Made by a program: the position numbers and the translations under genes. DNA of 64,000 nt. Origin: Octopus vulgaris (lineage: Eukaryota). The stretch spans positions 1,674,001 to 1,738,000 of the forward strand of contig OX597841.1 of assembly GCA_951406725.2 (NCBI GenBank), written 5' to 3'. Position 1 is the stretch's first letter, and each line of letters starts with the position of its first letter. This document shows positions 61,233 through 64,000 of this stretch, piece after piece. The notes beneath the pieces are model-generated. The model saw only the letters and a list, made by a program, of their open reading frames with translations. It searched no databases and was not told the DNA's origin.

Positions 61233-63568
61233 CATATATACAACGGGTTTCTTTTCAGTTTCCGTCTACCAAATCCACTCACAAGGCTTTGGTCAGCCCG
61301 AGGCGATAGCAGAAGACACTTGCCCAAGGTGCCCCGCAGTGGAACTGAACCCGGAACTATGTGGTTGGTAAACAAGCTACTTACCACACAGCCACTCCTG
61401 TGCCCGAGACAAACTTTTAAATTACAAGATCTAACAACGACAACAACAGCAAAACCAAAACCACAACAACTTCTTTTTGTTTTCTTCCTTTACAGTAACA
61501 GACGTAATTTCTATATATCAGCTTACCATGGAGGTTGTGAGCGAGACACCGGCTGGTTGGCTGTTCTTCAAAAGTATTATTGCACATGGGAAATATTTCC
61601 ACATTATCCTTTATTAATTTACTCAAATAGAAATACGAAACTCACGTGGTATGACGGTAAGTATTTCACCATCAGTTTTAACTCCCCCCTCCCCGTTAAT
61701 GCAGTAAGTACTAAAAGTCCAAATATAATGGCGTGGCAAACATGGGAAGCAACTCAAGACATGTTTCGTTGTTATGATACCTTCACAGTAAAGCCTATGT
61801 CTCACAGTACTTCACAAAAAAATACTCATGTGGTACAATATTAAACATGAGTAGGTATGGAAAATTTCGTACGAGCCGGGGTGGTGCTGAAATGTTTCTA
61901 GCTGTAAAGGCATCGCAAAAAACCTGGCTAGAGATCAAAGCTTCCAAGTTCTTTTACAGGGCTTAGAAGAAGTGAAGGACCGCTGCCATTGGTTCGTGAG
62001 TCTGAGAGAGGGATGTGTTGAATAAAATCATAATTGACTGATCCTCCTAGATTTTCTTCTTCGTATATGAGAAGCGACAAAAACTAACACAAGTAAGAAT
62101 AAGACAACTGATGAACATCTATCTATCTAGCTATCTATCCGCTCAGTCGAAGTCGACTCTCGGTCACTCGTTGGATCAGTGTCCTCCAGTCAGTTCTATC
62201 CTGGGCCGCTTCTTTCAGATTGGCTATGACCATTCCGGTATCACTCTTGATGGTGTCAAGCCAGCGGGTTCTTGGTCGGCCTCTTCCTCTCTTGCCACTG
62301 ACCATTCCGAGCACATATATATATATATATATATGTATCTATCTATCCGCTCAGTCGAAGTCGATTCTCGGTTACTCAATGGATCAGTGTCCTCCAGTCA
62401 GTTCTATCCTGGGCCACTTCTTTCAGATTGGCTATGTCCATTCCAGTATCACTCTTGATGGTGTCAAGCCAGCGGGTTCTTGGTTGGCCTCTTCCTCTCT
62501 TGCCACTGACCATTCCGAGCACATATATATATATATATGTATCTATCTATCCGCTCAGTCGAAGTCGATTCTCGGTTACTCAATGGATCAGTGTCCTCCA
62601 GTCAGTTCTATCCTGGGCCGCTTCTTTCAGATTGGCTATGTCCATTCCAGTATCACTCTTGATGGTGTCAAGCCAGCGGGTTCTTGGTCGGCCTCTTCCT
62701 CTCTTGCCACTGACCATTCCGAGCACATATATATATATATGTATCTATCTATCCGCTCAGTCGAAGTCGATTCTCTGTTACTCAATGGATCAGTGTCCTC
62801 CAGTCAGTTCTATCCTGGGCCGCTTCTTTCAGATTGGCTATGACCATTCCGGTATCACTCTTGATGGTGTCAAGCCAGTGGGTTCTTGGTCGGCCTCTTC
62901 CTCTCTTGCCACTGACCATTCCGAGCATGATGTCCTTCTCTAGGGATTTTCTCCACATAATATGATGAACATAGGTCTTAACTAATCGAAGTGCAGTGTA
63001 AATATCTTTTATCTTTTACTTGTTTCAGTTATTTGGCCGCGGCTATGCAGGGGCACCACCATGATGTGTTTTAAGGGGACAAATCGACGGGTTTCTCAAA
63101 GGCTTGTACTTATGCTATCGCTCACTTTTGCTGAAATGTTAATTTATTGTGACGTAAACACACAAGCACCGGTTATAAAGCAGTGGGGGTGGGAAAAAAA
63201 CTAAGACATACGCACATAGATATATACATCTATCTATCCGTATATGTGTGTGTATAACCCGGAACTAGGTGGTTGTAATCCTGTCTGATGATACTCCGTC
63301 GGTCACGACGAGGAGCGTTCCAGTTGATCCGAACAATGGAACAGTCTGCTCATGAAATTAACATGCAAGTGGCTGAGTACTCCACAGATACGTATACTGT
63401 TAACGTAGTTCTGGGAGAAATTCCCAAAGTTGCATTTGCTATTACTGATATTCGTCTTGTTAATCTTGCTGTTAGTGTTGTTGCTGTTGTTATTGTCGTT
63501 ACTTTTATTATTTTGCAGGTTTTGAAACAGCTGATTCCATGGCCATCTTCATCTGCCTAAAACCTTAA
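56088..63568 (+). CDS. Paralog E, intact 294-aa secreted protein (exons 56088-56418, 57769-57947, 60212-60375, 61496-61656, 63519-63568)
   Basis: Five GT-AG exons with the same lengths as paralog C; open frame MSLFPFTRPVV...[16 protein letters not shown]. Confidence 0.9.
56860..57685 (-). mobile_element. 3' fragment of the second R4-like family (restriction-like endonuclease region)
   Basis: LLWNFTIQTDRKIDANRPDIILKD...LIDMTVP...KLSKYKDLEIE; lies between (CAT/TAT)n and (TAT)n. Confidence 0.85.
58640..59590 (-). mobile_element. Penelope-like RT remnant
   Basis: IKFTS...SLD, PHHIIQSNPKSQLLRIKQICT, RGY and PPIVAFGRNKNIREIL resemble the PLE RT C-terminus. Confidence 0.72.
59617..60175 (+). mobile_element. 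Unclassified insertion between (AAT)n tracts, probably a retroelement 3' end
   Basis: Bounded on both sides by (AAT)n; absent from the equivalent intron of C and D. Confidence 0.45.
60990..61400 (-). mobile_element. SINE-like insertion in intron 3 of paralog E
   Basis: Absent at the equivalent position of C/D (ACGTAGT...CGTGAGACAAAC); minus-strand GGTTCAGTTCC B-box-like motif and CCTTGGGCAAGTGTCTT. Confidence 0.65.
62119..62972 (-). mobile_element. Four tandem copies of an RTE (BovB-like) LINE 3' end within a 10-bp target-site duplication
   Basis: Units of about 205 bp translate on the minus strand as GMVSGKRGRGRPRT(R/H)WLDTIKSDTG...AAQDRTDWR; TGATGAACAT at 62109-62118 and 62963-62972. Confidence 0.85.
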
Positions 63569-64000
63569 CTAACCAATCAAAAGATCTGTTTTAGACGACG
63601 TGACCACACGGGTTCTGTCAACCAAATTCACTCGCAAATAATTACTTTTATGATAAAACCCGGGACTATAAGTAGAAAACTCTTGTCCAGGGTGCTGCAC
63701 AGTAGGATTGAACCCGAAAGCACATGGTTGCAAAGCAAGCTTCTTAACCACACAACTATGTCTGCATCATTGTGTTTGCGTATGTATATGTGCATCTGTA
63801 TGTATGCATATTGTGTGTGAGTGCACGCACACGTACAGTGTCCCAGAATTATCTATTTCGGTGAAATCGGACATCTTTTTAGAAACTCATTTTTATTTAT
63901 GTTGATAAACAAAACATTTTAATACCTGTTAAAATATATAAATTTTTAATTTTGCCTATAATTTTATAATCTTTATAATTGTTACCCTGCGTGCGCAAGT

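Overview
AT-rich, microsatellite- and retroelement-dense eukaryotic DNA. The SINE, Penelope and LINE content suggests a mollusc, probably an octopus (inference). Most ORF-track entries are translations of simple repeats. The real host content is a cluster of paralogous genes with five coding exons, each encoding a secreted protein of about 294 aa: signal peptide, variable PAN/apple-like N-terminal module, and a conserved C-terminal domain of about 185 aa. Copy A (+, 2-2443) is 3'-partial. Copy C (-, 17181-25063) and copy E (+, 56088-63568) are intact. An orphan first coding exon B (+, 12767-13094) and a headless set D (+, 30678-49746, with two versions of exon 4) could together form one gene with copy C nested antisense in its intron. 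Multi-kb near-identical inverted duplications link C to D and E. Between recent duplicates, exons 3 and 4 differ almost only by amino-acid-changing substitutions while the intron between them is nearly identical. Introns are inflated by microsatellite-associated retrotransposons: R4/Dong-like in (AAT)n, Tx1/L1-like in (TATC)n, CR1-like in (TA)n, plus RTE, Penelope, mariner and SINE remnants. All exon models and comparisons were made by eye. No database searches were run, and haplotype or assembly artefacts cannot be excluded.
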